Positions 1 through 10,356 of a stretch of DNA of 64,000 nt are shown here, one piece after another. The position numbers and the translations under genes are program-made. The notes under the pieces are model-generated. The model saw only the letters and a program-made list of their open reading frames with translations. It ran no database searches and had not been told where the DNA came from. The DNA is from an uncultured Pseudomonadota bacterium (GTDB taxonomy: Bacteria; Pseudomonadota; Alphaproteobacteria; Rs-D84). Every line of letters begins with the position of its first letter. Within the stretch, counting starts at the first letter, position 1. Location: positions 9,396-73,395 of the forward strand of contig CADBBQ010000004.1 of assembly GCA_902793005.1 (NCBI GenBank), written 5' to 3'.

Positions 1-63
1 AATCGGCATAGTTAATCCGGGATGAACAACAATATCGCGAAGTGGTAAAATATAATTTTTCAT
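1..63 (-). CDS. lon: Lon protease, first 21 codons only (gene runs off the window)
   Basis: Reverse-strand ATG at 63. Translation MKNYILPLRDIVVHPGLTMPI resembles the conserved LPLRD(I/V)VVFP start of the Lon N-domain. Too short for certainty. Confidence 0.45.
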   Translation of the reverse strand, partial: MKNYILPLRDIVVHPGLTMPI

Positions 64-162
64 AGCAAGTTTTAATATAGATTATTTTTGCATTTTTTCA
101 AGATAAAAACCCCAATAAATTTATCGGGGCTTTTTTTATTCGATTTTATTCGATTTTTTTCT

Positions 163-396
163 TTAACGACGACGATACCCGTTGCCAGAAAAAGAAGTGT
201 TGCTGGATGCAGAACGTTTTGACAAATAACGCGCCGCAATCAAAACCAACCATTCAACAGATAATGCCGCCATTGCCATTAATGTTGTTTCACAATTATC
301 CAAGCCGAACAATGCATATGCAATTTGGGCAACAAAAGAAATGTACAAAATACCAAACATACCTGTAAAAAATACTTTTTTAATTTTTCCAAACAT
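163..396 (-). CDS. Small hydrophobic (membrane) protein, hypothetical
   Basis: 77-aa ORF with two hydrophobic stretches and a basic tail. A hairpin plus T-run lies downstream at about 100-135. Confidence 0.4.
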   Translation of the reverse strand: MFGKIKKVFFTGMFGILYISFVAQIAYALFGLDNCETTLMAMAALSVEWLVLIAARYLSKRSASSNTSFSGNGYRRR

Positions 397-429
397 TTTT
401 AGTCCTTTTTATTTTAACAAATTAAAATA

Positions 430-735
430 CCGGGTTTCTGGTGCCAGGTACCCGGCGGACCCCGCAATAACTAAACGGATATAATCAACAATCGCCAATC
501 ATATCCAACGCTTTAATTAAGCAGCCATTGCAAGGCGAACATTGTCGTTCGCAGCGATTCTATCGCCATTCAGTTTTTAGTTAGTGTTTAACGACAACCA
601 CGTCGGATTCAAGTTAAATGCCTTTACTGCGCCTGTCGAAACTATGTCAGCCCCATAAAAGAAATTTAGAATAATTGGTGGAGCTGTGGGGTACCGCCCC
701 CCAGTCCAAAACGACTATTCCGCATAACGTTCAGA
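430..735 (-). ncRNA. ssrA: tmRNA, circularly permuted two-piece form (acceptor piece about 676-735, coding piece about 430-654)
   Basis: On the reverse strand, GGACTGGGG-GGCGGTA-CCCCA-CAGCTCCACCA ends at 676 (T-arm plus 3' acceptor strand plus CCA). A 21-nt gap follows, then GGGGCTGACATAGTTTCGAC starts at 654. GGGGCTG pairs with CAGCTCC and gives the G3:U70 alanine identity pair. The tag frame GCG AAC GAC AAT GTT CGC CTT GCA ATG GCT GCT TAA (552..517) encodes ANDNVRLAMAA. Outer ends are approximate. Confidence 0.85.
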
Positions 736-805
736 ATCATCACCACAAAGCGGCGATTGCATTATAAATCTTTGTGCTGGAAATTGCAAGTTTTTAAGTT
801 TATAA

Positions 806-2381
<1,576 letters not shown>

Positions 2382-2405
2382 TAAAAAATGATAAAGGAGA
2401 AAAAT

Positions 2406-3026
2406 ATGGCAACATTAAAAGGAACACAGACAGAAAAAAATTTATTGTTGGCGTTTGCCGGTGAATCCCAGGCCCGCAACAGATACACTATGTTTGCGTC
2501 GGCCGCAAAAAAAGAGGGCTTTCAGGCAATTGGTAAAATATTTTTGGAAACGGCGGAACACGAATATGAACACGCGTCGCGTTTATTCAAATTTATGGAA
2601 GGCGGTATGTTGGAAATAACGGCGTCTTTTCCGGCGGGTAAAATTGGCACAACATTGGAAAATTTAAAGGCATCTGCGTTCGGTGAAAATGAAGAAAACA
2701 CCGATATGTATCCGCGCTTTGCACAAATTGCCGCCCAGGAGGGTTTCCCGGCAATCGCAGAAGTTTTCAAAAATATTGGTTTGGCGGAACGTTATCACGA
2801 ATCTCGTTTTCGTGCCTTGGCCGAGGCAATTGAAAACGGCACATTGTTTAAATCTGACAAGGTTGTTATGTGGCGTTGCACAAATTGCGGTAATTGGCAT
2901 ATTGGTACCGAGGCACCAAAGGTTTGTCCGGCGTGCCTGCACGAACAGGGGTATTTCGTCAGCGAGGGTATCGTCACTCGTTGCGACACGACCGAGGGTT
3001 TCTGTGAATATGCAAACCGTGATTAA
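2406..3026 (+). CDS. rbr: Rubrerythrin
   Basis: AAGGAG RBS before the ATG at 2406. Ferritin-like EExxH pairs (ETAEHEYEH, ERYHESRF) and a C-terminal rubredoxin-type CxxC..CPAC (CTNCGNWH...VCPACLH). Confidence 0.9.
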   Translation: MATLKGTQTEKNLLLAFAGESQARNRYTMFASAAKKEGFQAIGKIFLETAEHEYEHASRLFKFMEGGMLEITASFPAGKIGTTLENLKASAFGENEENTDMYPRFAQIAAQEGFPAIAEVFKNIGLAERYHESRFRALAEAIENGTLFKSDKVVMWRCTNCGNWHIGTEAPKVCPACLHEQGYFVSEGIVTRCDTTEGFCEYANRD

Positions 3027-3053
3027 AAAAATCGCCCATTTGGGCGATTTTTA
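3027..3053. terminator. Bidirectional hairpin terminator between convergent genes
   Basis: AAAAAAATCGCCCATTTGGGCGATTTTT: perfect stem ATCGCCC/GGGCGAT flanked by an A-run and a T-run. Confidence 0.7.
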
Positions 3054-3287
3054 ATTAATCTCAATCACTTTATTATGTGATGTGTGTCCGCGGATTATAT
3101 GTATTGCAGAGCGCGCAACATCAAAATGTTTGGCCAGCATTTTAATAACCGCGTCATTTGCCTGACCGTCGGTTGGGGCGGTGGTTGTATGCACGCGGAT
3201 TGTGCCGTCATCATCAACGGTTATTGAATTTACGCGTGCACGTGGAATAACCCGAACATTAAAAATCTGTTTTGAATTTTGCATCAC
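3051..3287 (-). CDS. DUF167/YggU-family protein
   Basis: 78 aa. V.V.PRAR.N.I....G.I.V...APP.DG.AN..V...LAK......S.I.I..G..S..K pattern typical of the YggU family. Confidence 0.75.
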   Translation of the reverse strand: MMQNSKQIFNVRVIPRARVNSITVDDDGTIRVHTTTAPTDGQANDAVIKMLAKHFDVARSAIHIIRGHTSHNKVIEIN

Positions 3288-3606
3288 TCATCAAATGGAT
3301 ATGAAAATGAAACACTGATTGTCCCGCGCCTGCGCCGGTGTTTGCAACAATGCGGAAATTGCCGTTTATCCCCAATGTGTCGGCGACCTCGGTCACGGCG
3401 TGCCAAAAACCGGTCTGGACATCGTGCGGTGCACGAGTTGTAAAATCGTAAAAGTCTGTATATTCGCCGCGTGGAATTACCAAAACGTGCGTTTTTGCGC
3501 GTGGGTCAATGTTTTGAAAAGCAATGGCGTATTCATTTTCAAAAACGCGCGTGCTGGGCAATTCGTTCCGTAATATTTTTGCAAAGACATTATTTGTATC
3601 ATACAT
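3259..3606 (-). CDS. HIT-family (histidine triad) nucleotide hydrolase
   Basis: 115 aa with the triad VFHFHIHLM and an N-terminal FAKIL...P motif. Confidence 0.9.
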   Translation of the reverse strand: MYDTNNVFAKILRNELPSTRVFENEYAIAFQNIDPRAKTHVLVIPRGEYTDFYDFTTRAPHDVQTGFWHAVTEVADTLGINGNFRIVANTGAGAGQSVFHFHIHLMSDAKFKTDF

Positions 3607-3665
3607 ATATTATTCCTTTTATTTGTGTTATTAAGAATGATACACTTTTTTTGCTGAAAAACAAC

Positions 3666-3693
3666 CTTGAAATGTATAAATCGTGCACTATAT
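3666..3693 (+). promoter_or_regulatory. Possible sigma-32-type heat-shock promoter of groESL
   Basis: CTTGAAA (3666-3672), 13 nt, then CACTATAT (3686-3693), about 60 nt upstream of groES. Resembles CTTGAA-N13-17-CCCCATNT. Not a perfect match. Confidence 0.35.
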
Positions 3694-3752
3694 TGGTGGT
3701 ATCGGGGCTGGTGTTTGTTTGACCCCAATTTTATAAATAGGAGTTTTATATT

Positions 3753-4040
3753 ATGTTTAAACCACTGAATAATTATGTTTTGATGGAACGTGTCGCGGAA
3801 GATGTCAAAACCGCTGGCGGAATTATTATTCCGGACACGGCCAAGGAAAAGCCTGTTATGGGACGTGTTGTCGCGACGGGTGATGGTGAATTACAAAATG
3901 GGAATCGTGTGCCGATGACGGTTGCGGTTGGTGACACTGTGCTGTTCGCGAAATGGGCATCTTCATTAAATGATGTTAAATTGGATGGCCACGATTATGT
4001 TTTAATCAAAGAATCTGATATTTTGGGAATTGTGAAATAA
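3753..4040 (+). CDS. groES: Co-chaperonin GroES
   Basis: 95 aa. GGIIIPDTAKEKP mobile loop. Lies immediately upstream of groEL. Confidence 0.97.
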   Translation: MFKPLNNYVLMERVAEDVKTAGGIIIPDTAKEKPVMGRVVATGDGELQNGNRVPMTVAVGDTVLFAKWASSLNDVKLDGHDYVLIKESDILGIVK

Positions 4041-4053
4041 AAGGTGAATAAAA

Positions 4054-5670
4054 ATGGCAAAAGATATTGTTTTTGATACGGAAAAAATGGCGGCCGGTGT
4101 TGATAAATTGGCCAATGCCGTAAAAATTACTATGGGACCCAAGGGGCGCACGGTTGTGATTGATAAATCGTATGGCGCACCCGCCGCGACCAAGGACGGT
4201 GTGACGGTTGCACGTGCGGTATCGTTGCCGGATCCAATGGAAAATATTGGTGCGCGTATGGTCCAAGAGGTCGCAAAAAAGGCTGGCGATGATGCGGGTG
4301 ACGGTACAACAACTGCGACGGTTTTGGCACAAAAAATTATTCACGAAGGGCGTCGCGTTATTGCCGCGGGTATGAATCCGATGGATGTTAAACGTGGTAT
4401 TGATTTGGCGGTATCGGCGGTTGTTGCTGACATTGAAAAACACGCCCGTCCCGTCAAAGACGGTGCCGAGATTGCCCAGGTTGCAACAATTTCGGCCAAC
4501 GGGGATTCTGATATTGGTGCGAAAATTGCGGATGCGATGCAACGCGTCGGTCGCGAGGGCGTTATTACTGTCGAAGAGGCCAAAGGATTGGATACCGAAA
4601 TCGATGTTGTCGAAGGTATGCAATTTGACCAAGGATTTATGTCGCCATATTTCGTGACAAACAGTGAAAAAATGTTGGTCGAATTGGATAATGCCCAGGT
4701 CTTGGTTTCTGAAAAGAAAATCACTGGTTTACAGGCATTATTGCCAATTTTGGAACCGATTGCGCAAAGTGGCCGCCCATTGTTGATTATTGCCGAAGAT
4801 GTCGAATCCGAGGCTTTGGCGACATTGGTTTTGAATCGCCTGCGTGGTGGGTTAAAAGTTTGCGCGGTCAAAGCCCCCGGTTTTGGTGACCGTCGCAAAG
4901 AAATGTTGAAAGATATCGCGGTGGTGACCGGTGCGACGGTGATTTCGGACGATATGGGTATGACATTTGAAAATATTTCGATGGATATGTTGGGGACGGC
5001 TAAAAAGGTTGTCGTGTCCAAAGACAAAACATTACTGGCGCACGGCGGCGGTGATGCGGCGGCGATTACGGCGCGTGCGGATGAAATCCGCCAGACCCTG
5101 TCCACCACGACCAGTGATTATGAACGCGAAAAATTGTCCGAACGTTTGGCTAAATTGGTTGGCGGTGTTGCCGTTATCAAAGTCGGTGGTATGACCGAGG
5201 TCGAGGTCAAAGAAAAGAAAGACCGTGTTGATGACGCATTGGCGGCGACGCGTGCGGCGGTTGCCGACGGGATTGTTGCCGGTGGCGGTGTGGCGTTGGT
5301 GCGTGCCGCGGCGGCGTTGAAAGATTTGTCTGGCGATAACCGTGACCAAGATGTCGGTATTGATATTGTGCGGCGTGCGGTAATGGCACCGTGTGCACAA
5401 ATTGCTGAAAATGCCGGTGTGTCGGGTGAAATCGTTGTTGGCAAAGTTTCCGAAAATTCGGAATATAATTTCGGATATAATGCGCAAACGGCGGAATATG
5501 TCGATATGATGGCGGCGGGTATTATTGACCCGGCCAAGGTGGTTAAAACCGCAATTATGGCGGCGTCCAGTACCGCGGGCGTTATGTTGACAACTGGCGC
5601 GGTGATGGCGGAAATACCGGAAGAAAAATCTGAACCAAAAATGCCGGGCGGTATGCCGGGTATGATGTAA
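4054..5670 (+). CDS. groEL: Chaperonin GroEL
   Basis: 538 aa. [17 protein letters not shown] and a C-terminal GGMPGMM tail. Confidence 0.98.
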   Translation: MAKDIVFDTEKMAAGVDKLANAVKITMGPKGRTVVIDKSYGAPAATKDGVTVARAVSLPDPMENIGARMVQEVAKKAGDDAGDGTTTATVLAQKIIHEGRRVIAAGMNPMDVKRGIDLAVSAVVADIEKHARPVKDGAEIAQVATISANGDSDIGAKIADAMQRVGREGVITVEEAKGLDTEIDVVEGMQFDQGFMSPYFVTNSEKMLVELDNAQVLVSEKKITGLQALLPILEPIAQSGRPLLIIAEDVESEALATLVLNRLRGGLKVCAVKAPGFGDRRKEMLKDIAVVTGATVISDDMGMTFENISMDMLGTAKKVVVSKDKTLLAHGGGDAAAITARADEIRQTLSTTTSDYEREKLSERLAKLVGGVAVIKVGGMTEVEVKEKKDRVDDALAATRAAVADGIVAGGGVALVRAAAALKDLSGDNRDQDVGIDIVRRAVMAPCAQIAENAGVSGEIVVGKVSENSEYNFGYNAQTAEYVDMMAAGIIDPAKVVKTAIMAASSTAGVMLTTGAVMAEIPEEKSEPKMPGGMPGMM

Positions 5671-5698
5671 AAAAAACCGGGCAATGCCCGGTTTTTTT
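5671..5698 (+). terminator. Rho-independent terminator after groEL
   Basis: CCGGG-CAATG-CCCGG followed by T7. Confidence 0.8.
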
Positions 5699-5699
5699 C

Positions 5700-6120
5700 A
5701 GAGTTCAGTTTTCAAAGTTCAGAGTTCAGTTAATGAATAATTAGACAAAAGCCAAAGGCTTTTGTCATCCTGAGCGTAGTGAGATTACGTTGTGGCACCC
5801 CCACATAAGTAATCGAACGCAGTCGAAAGCGAGCGTTTCGCGAGCGTGGATCCAGGCATATTTGATGCCCTGGCGCATACGCGCCAACAAATTTGTCTTT
5901 GCCAAACCCAGATCCGCGTCATCCGCTATCGCGTCTGACTTTCGACTGGCGGGCCCCGCAAAATGTTGCGCATTTTGTGGGTACCCTGGCTCAGGATGAC
6001 AAAACGCTTTCGCATTTTGTCGGTTTGGCAAAGATTCCGCCCCAAGCGATAGCGTGGGGAGGGGAACCGCGAAGCGGTGGCGGGGGTGGTGGGGCAGTGC
6101 AAACGGGCGGTTTTTTTTAA
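5700..6120. repeat. Intergenic cluster of MITE-like palindromic repeats (families A1/A2) plus a GTTCAAA-type heptamer run
   Basis: 5744-5875 (GACAAAAGCC..GGCTTTTGTCATCCTGAGCGTAGTGAGATTACG...CATATTTGATGCCC) recurs reverse-complemented at about 52797-52930 and 55337-55466. 5896-6033 is bounded by CTTTGCCAAACCC / GGTTTGGCAAAG inverted termini. Confidence 0.85.
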
Positions 6121-6417
6121 ACCCCAAAACCGTAGCGTAAATGGCACTTTTACGCTACGGTTTTGAATTTTATAATACATTGATATTACTGTAAAAAACA
6201 CCCCTGAAAGAGTAGCGAAAAAACCTAGGTTAAAAAGCAACACTTTTTTTCACTTTTTTCAAAAATCGTTTTTTGCGTAAAAACAAAGACTTATCAATTT
6301 TGACAACACCCCGTCCAACCGTCGGAAAAAAACCTAGGTTTTTTTATACTAGTTGCATAGCGAACAAACGGCGGAAATCCGCCACCAACACAACCAGAGG
6401 GGAGTAGTTTTTTTGCC

Positions 6418-8673
6418 ATGAAAAAGTCTATATTCGAATCGTTAAAATTTTTCTGTGCCGCATTTTTGTGCGTGATTTTGTCTGCATTTGCAACACCAGC
6501 ACATGCGGATAATTCCTGTCGGAATCTCTTTGACCCGTCAACCGCCGAATTGGGTGATATTAGCAGTGAGACTGGGGTTATATCATCCAGTGTTCAATAC
6601 AGAATTGTGAGTGGCTTTATTCCTGTGACTCCTGGGGAAACATACACCGCCAGTGGTAAAATATATAATACGGGTGCCGGTTTGCATGATGTTATGATTA
6701 TCAGGGCATATTACGATTCAGGACAACGGTTTATTGCCGATTCCCGTACTATGTCTGATGCAACGTTTACAATTCCCAGTGGCGTGAGTTATGTTCGTGT
6801 GGAATATTGGACTGGCGAGAATGGGACCGCTGTAATTGCGCAAAGTCAGTTACAATTCGAACAAGGTTCCACCGCAACGGCGTACACGCCATACAACCCG
6901 CTGTGTGCGACGTGTGACGGTACGATTGTGAATTACACATCTGCAACGGGAACGGTGTCGCAATCCGGCACGCCAACACCAGACAATCCAATTGAACCGA
7001 CTTTTTACAAACAAGGAAATATGATTTTGCGCAAGGTTGGCGATTACGCAGATAGCTACGACGCAACCACAGGTAAGATTACTCGTCGCGTCGGTGTGAA
7101 AGTGTTGGATGGCACGGAATCGTGGTCTTATTATTCTGTACAACAAGGCAATATGTTTAGAATATCGATTGCAGGTGGTGTATTAAATGATAAAGGAGTA
7201 TTAGGAGTGCTTTGCAACTCTTACGAAGTTGTTGTGTCTGGCTCGAGGGCTAATGACACATTGAGTGGTACGACAAAAAACTATGATTTCATAAACAACA
7301 ATTACACAACATTAGAAGATTGGAAAGCCTACATTGCACAACAATATGCTGCTGGCACTCCGGTGACGGTGTGGTATCCGTTGGAAACGGAAACTACCGA
7401 AGATTGGACAGAAACGTCTTACTGTGAAACGCCAATCAAAATCGCGACAACGAAATATAATGAGTCTGCGTTTGGGCCGTTGAATACGGCGTTGGCAAAT
7501 GCGATTAGTGTTGTGGATTCGGTCGTGTCAAACACGATTACCCAGGCGGCGAGCATTGCGACTTTGCAGGCACAAAAACAAACGCGTCCAGCGAATGACA
7601 CTTGCCCGGCTTATAAACAATGTTTGTTGGTCGAGGACGAGCAAGGGGTTCCGCACTGGTACGAAATCACCGACCCGTTCCGCGATTTCGTCGCACCAAT
7701 TATTGCGAATAACGTCGCCCCCGCCAGCACCACGAACTCCGTCGGTTATACCCAATTGGAATATATCGAAAGTGATGGAAATTCTTTGATAGACACAGGA
7801 ATTGTTTTTAATGAAGGTGCTTTAAAATTTAAAGCAAACATTATGTTTAGATCTAATGGCGGCGTTGAACAAGAACTTATAGGCAATTATATTGCTGCAA
7901 ATCGTGCAAGTTTTGTTGCGGGAATATATTCCACAAATAAAGTTTTTGTGTATGGTAATGGTGGCAATGTTAATACAGAAGCTGTTTTAAATGAGTGGCA
8001 AACTTTTATTGGCGAAGGTGATTCTAGTGGCAATGTTACTATGATTTATAATAATCAAACAAAGATTGCGACGAGAAAATCTTTTTATAATGATACAAAC
8101 ATTGTGTTATTTGCTGGCGGTTCTGGAATGTTCAATCCGGCAAAATCCGCAATAAGATTAAACAAAATAGCTTTGTGGAGAAATGACACCTTGGTTCGTG
8201 ACTTTGTTCCAGTAAAACGCAACAGTGACGGTGCGATTGGGATGTATGACACCGTGACGAAAACTTTCTTTGCGAACGCAGGCACGGGTACATTTACCGC
8301 GGGACCCGTCGTTGCGAATACCGATGTTCCGGCGAACGGGATGTGGACCGCGACATGGGCGGCCGACGCAACGACAGGTGTCACCGCCGGCACTATCACC
8401 GGCGAGGGGTTGTGTAACGGGGTCACGGGAACAGAGAGCACAGCCGCGACCAGTACACAAACATCATCCGCCAATTGGTCAGTCGATGGCGCAAATTGTT
8501 GGTGCAAAACAACCGCGATTGACGACGGTGATGATACAACAATAGTGGATGGCGTGTGGGTGTTCTACTACGCGCGCAGTTCGGCCGCCGATTGTGCGCT
8601 CAACTGTGCGTACGCCTGCGCGGCCCGCGTCCGTGATAACGCGTCGTTTCGGTCAGCATTGTTCGGAGATTAA
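6418..8673 (+). CDS. Large secreted lectin/tail-fibre-like protein carrying a C-terminal DGR variable-repeat-like segment (remote DGR target candidate)
   Basis: 751 aa. Signal peptide ending PAHA. The central YTQLEYIESDGNSLIDTG jelly-roll-like region is an attribution from memory. The C-terminus WVFYYARSSAADCALNCAYACAARVRDNASFRSALFGD aligns codon for codon with the TR at 55749-55880. Confidence 0.85.
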   Translation: MKKSIFESLKFFCAAFLCVILSAFATPAHADNSCRNLFDPSTAELGDISSETGVISSSVQYRIVSGFIPVTPGETYTASGKIYNTGAGLHDVMIIRAYYDSGQRFIADSRTMSDATFTIPSGVSYVRVEYWTGENGTAVIAQSQLQFEQGSTATAYTPYNPLCATCDGTIVNYTSATGTVSQSGTPTPDNPIEPTFYKQGNMILRKVGDYADSYDATTGKITRRVGVKVLDGTESWSYYSVQQGNMFRISIAGGVLNDKGVLGVLCNSYEVVVSGSRANDTLSGTTKNYDFINNNYTTLEDWKAYIAQQYAAGTPVTVWYPLETETTEDWTETSYCETPIKIATTKYNESAFGPLNTALANAISVVDSVVSNTITQAASIATLQAQKQTRPANDTCPAYKQCLLVEDEQGVPHWYEITDPFRDFVAPIIANNVAPASTTNSVGYTQLEYIESDGNSLIDTGIVFNEGALKFKANIMFRSNGGVEQELIGNYIAANRASFVAGIYSTNKVFVYGNGGNVNTEAVLNEWQTFIGEGDSSGNVTMIYNNQTKIATRKSFYNDTNIVLFAGGSGMFNPAKSAIRLNKIALWRNDTLVRDFVPVKRNSDGAIGMYDTVTKTFFANAGTGTFTAGPVVANTDVPANGMWTATWAADATTGVTAGTITGEGLCNGVTGTESTAATSTQTSSANWSVDGANCWCKTTAIDDGDDTTIVDGVWVFYYARSSAADCALNCAYACAARVRDNASFRSALFGD
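8557..8670 (+). repeat. VR3: variable-repeat-like segment matching the TR
   Basis: Over the 78-nt core 8566-8643 there are 16 differences from the TR, all at TR adenines. The flanks diverge at non-A positions (TGGGTG vs TGGGTC; TCGTTTCGGTCAGCA vs GGCTTTCGGGCTGCG). Confidence 0.75.
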
Positions 8674-8679
8674 TGCGTG

Positions 8680-9500
8680 CCCAACCCCGGCCCGCTTACG
8701 CTGACGCTACAGCGGGGCCACCCCTTCCCACAACGGAGTGTGGTGTGTGTCTGTGCGGCGCGCCCGTGGGAAGGGAATGCAACAAATGCCAAACCCGACA
8801 AAATGCGAAAGCGTTTTGTCATCCTGAGCGAAGTCGAAAGTGAGTCACCAACTGTGACGAACGCGGATCTGGGTTTGGCAAAGATAGAGAACTGCCCCAC
8901 CACCTTCGGTGGTCCCCCCCTTCTTTTTGTGCTGGCGCACAGAAAAGACGGGGAATGTCCGGGGGAGAAATTTTACCCCCGCCACCACCTCCGGTGGTCC
9001 CCCTCCCCACGGGGGCGGAATCACCACCCGTCGCCAAAGACTATGGGTGGCAGGCCCCCCCGGTGGGCGCGGAACAGAAAAAGCCCAGGATTCAAGGTTT
9101 ATCCTCTATTCCCGTTCGGGGTGAACCTTGAATTCTGGACTTGGAATCGGGAAAGGAAAAGTTCAGGCGGGAAAAGTTCAGGCGCTGTTCGGGTTTGCAC
9201 CGAATTCAGTTCCCTAAAACACACAAACGGCTTTGGCAAATTGTTTGGAACAGCGTAAAAAAATCCCCAGATGGGGATTTTTTATTTTGGCGACGCCGTT
9301 TCACTTTGTCGCCGTGCACAACTACCTCCCCCTCGCGCGCTGACGCTTACTCGGGTACTCCTTCTTTCATAAAGAAGGAGAATGTCCGGTGGAATACCCA
9401 CCCCGTCTTTCAGGCACCCCCCGGTGGGCGGAGAATCAAATTACCCCGTCGCCTACGGCGCCACCCCTTCTTTGTGAAAGAAGGGGACGGTGCGAGAACG
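8680..9500. repeat. Intergenic cluster of palindromic repeats (A2 element 8786-8883; CCTTCTTTCATAAAGAAGG-type hairpins)
   Basis: The same elements recur at 52440-52900 and 55240-55540 in both orientations. ORFs called across this region are repeat read-through. Confidence 0.85.
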
Positions 9501-9506
9501 GTTTTT

Positions 9507-10085
9507 TTAATGGACTTTGTTATTTGTTGCGGATAATAACATTTGTTTCATTGTGTTATAATTTTGCTCTATCGATGCGTCCGCAATTGGAACATCTATG
9601 AATTTTACATTTGGATTCGTACCGAGCCATTGAATCGCAGGCAGGGTTTTTGTGAAAAATGTGTCCAGACGACGTTGCACCGCCGCTGCATCTGCATCGT
9701 CGGCACGACCGGCACCTTCGTTAATGCGATTTTGAATCCGTTTCAACATTAATTCGCGTGGAATATTTAAATACACCGCAATCATATCGAATTTGTCGGC
9801 AAATGTGTCAACCAGCCATTTTGCCTGGGATAACTGGCGCGGAAAACCGTCCAAAATCGTGTTGTTTGCCGGGTTGATTTTTTTCAATAATAAATTTTGC
9901 AATTCTTGGTCGGGGACAAATTCGCCACGTGCGATAATCGCCTTTAACGGATGTGTCGCGGGCAGGGCGCGCAACATTGCACCCGTTTCAATATAATCAT
10001 AGTTTGGGTTTTCTGTGATAAATTTTTTTGATAATGTTCCTTTGCCGGAACCTTGGCCCCCCATCATTAAAATTAATTTATTCAT
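9507..10085 (-). CDS. adk: Adenylate kinase
   Basis: Start taken at MNKLILMMGGQGSGKGT (P-loop). LID and AMP-binding segments follow (GDMLRA-like GAMLRA, DGFPR). Confidence 0.9.
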   Translation of the reverse strand: MNKLILMMGGQGSGKGTLSKKFITENPNYDYIETGAMLRALPATHPLKAIIARGEFVPDQELQNLLLKKINPANNTILDGFPRQLSQAKWLVDTFADKFDMIAVYLNIPRELMLKRIQNRINEGAGRADDADAAAVQRRLDTFFTKTLPAIQWLGTNPNVKFIDVPIADASIEQNYNTMKQMLLSATNNKVH

Positions 10086-10194
10086 ACAACTTTCCTTTGT
10101 TTTTCTAATTTTATGCGGAATATTTATAGCGGATTTTGGGGGCTTTTTCAAATGAAAAAATAAATTTGGTGCGTTATGTTGTTTTTATTTTTTT

Positions 10195-10350
10195 ATGGCG
10201 ATTTTGCATTTGCTACATCGCCAGGCACAACTACCCCGTCTTGCGACTTTGTCGCAATCCACCCCTTCTTTCATAAAGAAGGGGAATGTCCAGAACGTGG
10301 CGGTAAAAAAAATCCCGATAAATTTATCGGGATTTTTTTCGTGTTTTGCA
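10195..10350. repeat. Palindromic repeat copies downstream of rpsA
   Basis: CCACCCCTTCTTTCATAAAGAAGGGGAATGTCC hairpin and the ATCCCGATAAATTTATCGGGAT hairpin (also present at about 105-135). Confidence 0.7.
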
Positions 10351-10356
10351 AGAGGT

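Noticed and set aside
4341-5684. Long antisense or alternate-frame ORFs inside groEL. The same situation holds for 59507..60433 in ftsH, 20459..21289 in the 973-aa gene, 38763..39698 in the flavoprotein gene, 58164..58715 in LOG, 58682..59239 in tilS, and 54308..55271 in the DGR target.
   Set aside because: Each overlaps a gene with strong family motifs on the other strand or frame. They have skewed low-complexity composition (Ala/Ser/Arg/Pro-rich) and no recognisable motifs.
8677-9536. ORFs of 131-193 aa across the region downstream of the first DGR target; likewise 52072..52596, 52438..52902, 52707..53066 and 55645..56154.
   Set aside because: They are composed entirely of the palindromic and heptamer repeat families, are Pro/Gly/Arg-rich, exist on both strands, and lack start contexts. 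They are repeat read-through.
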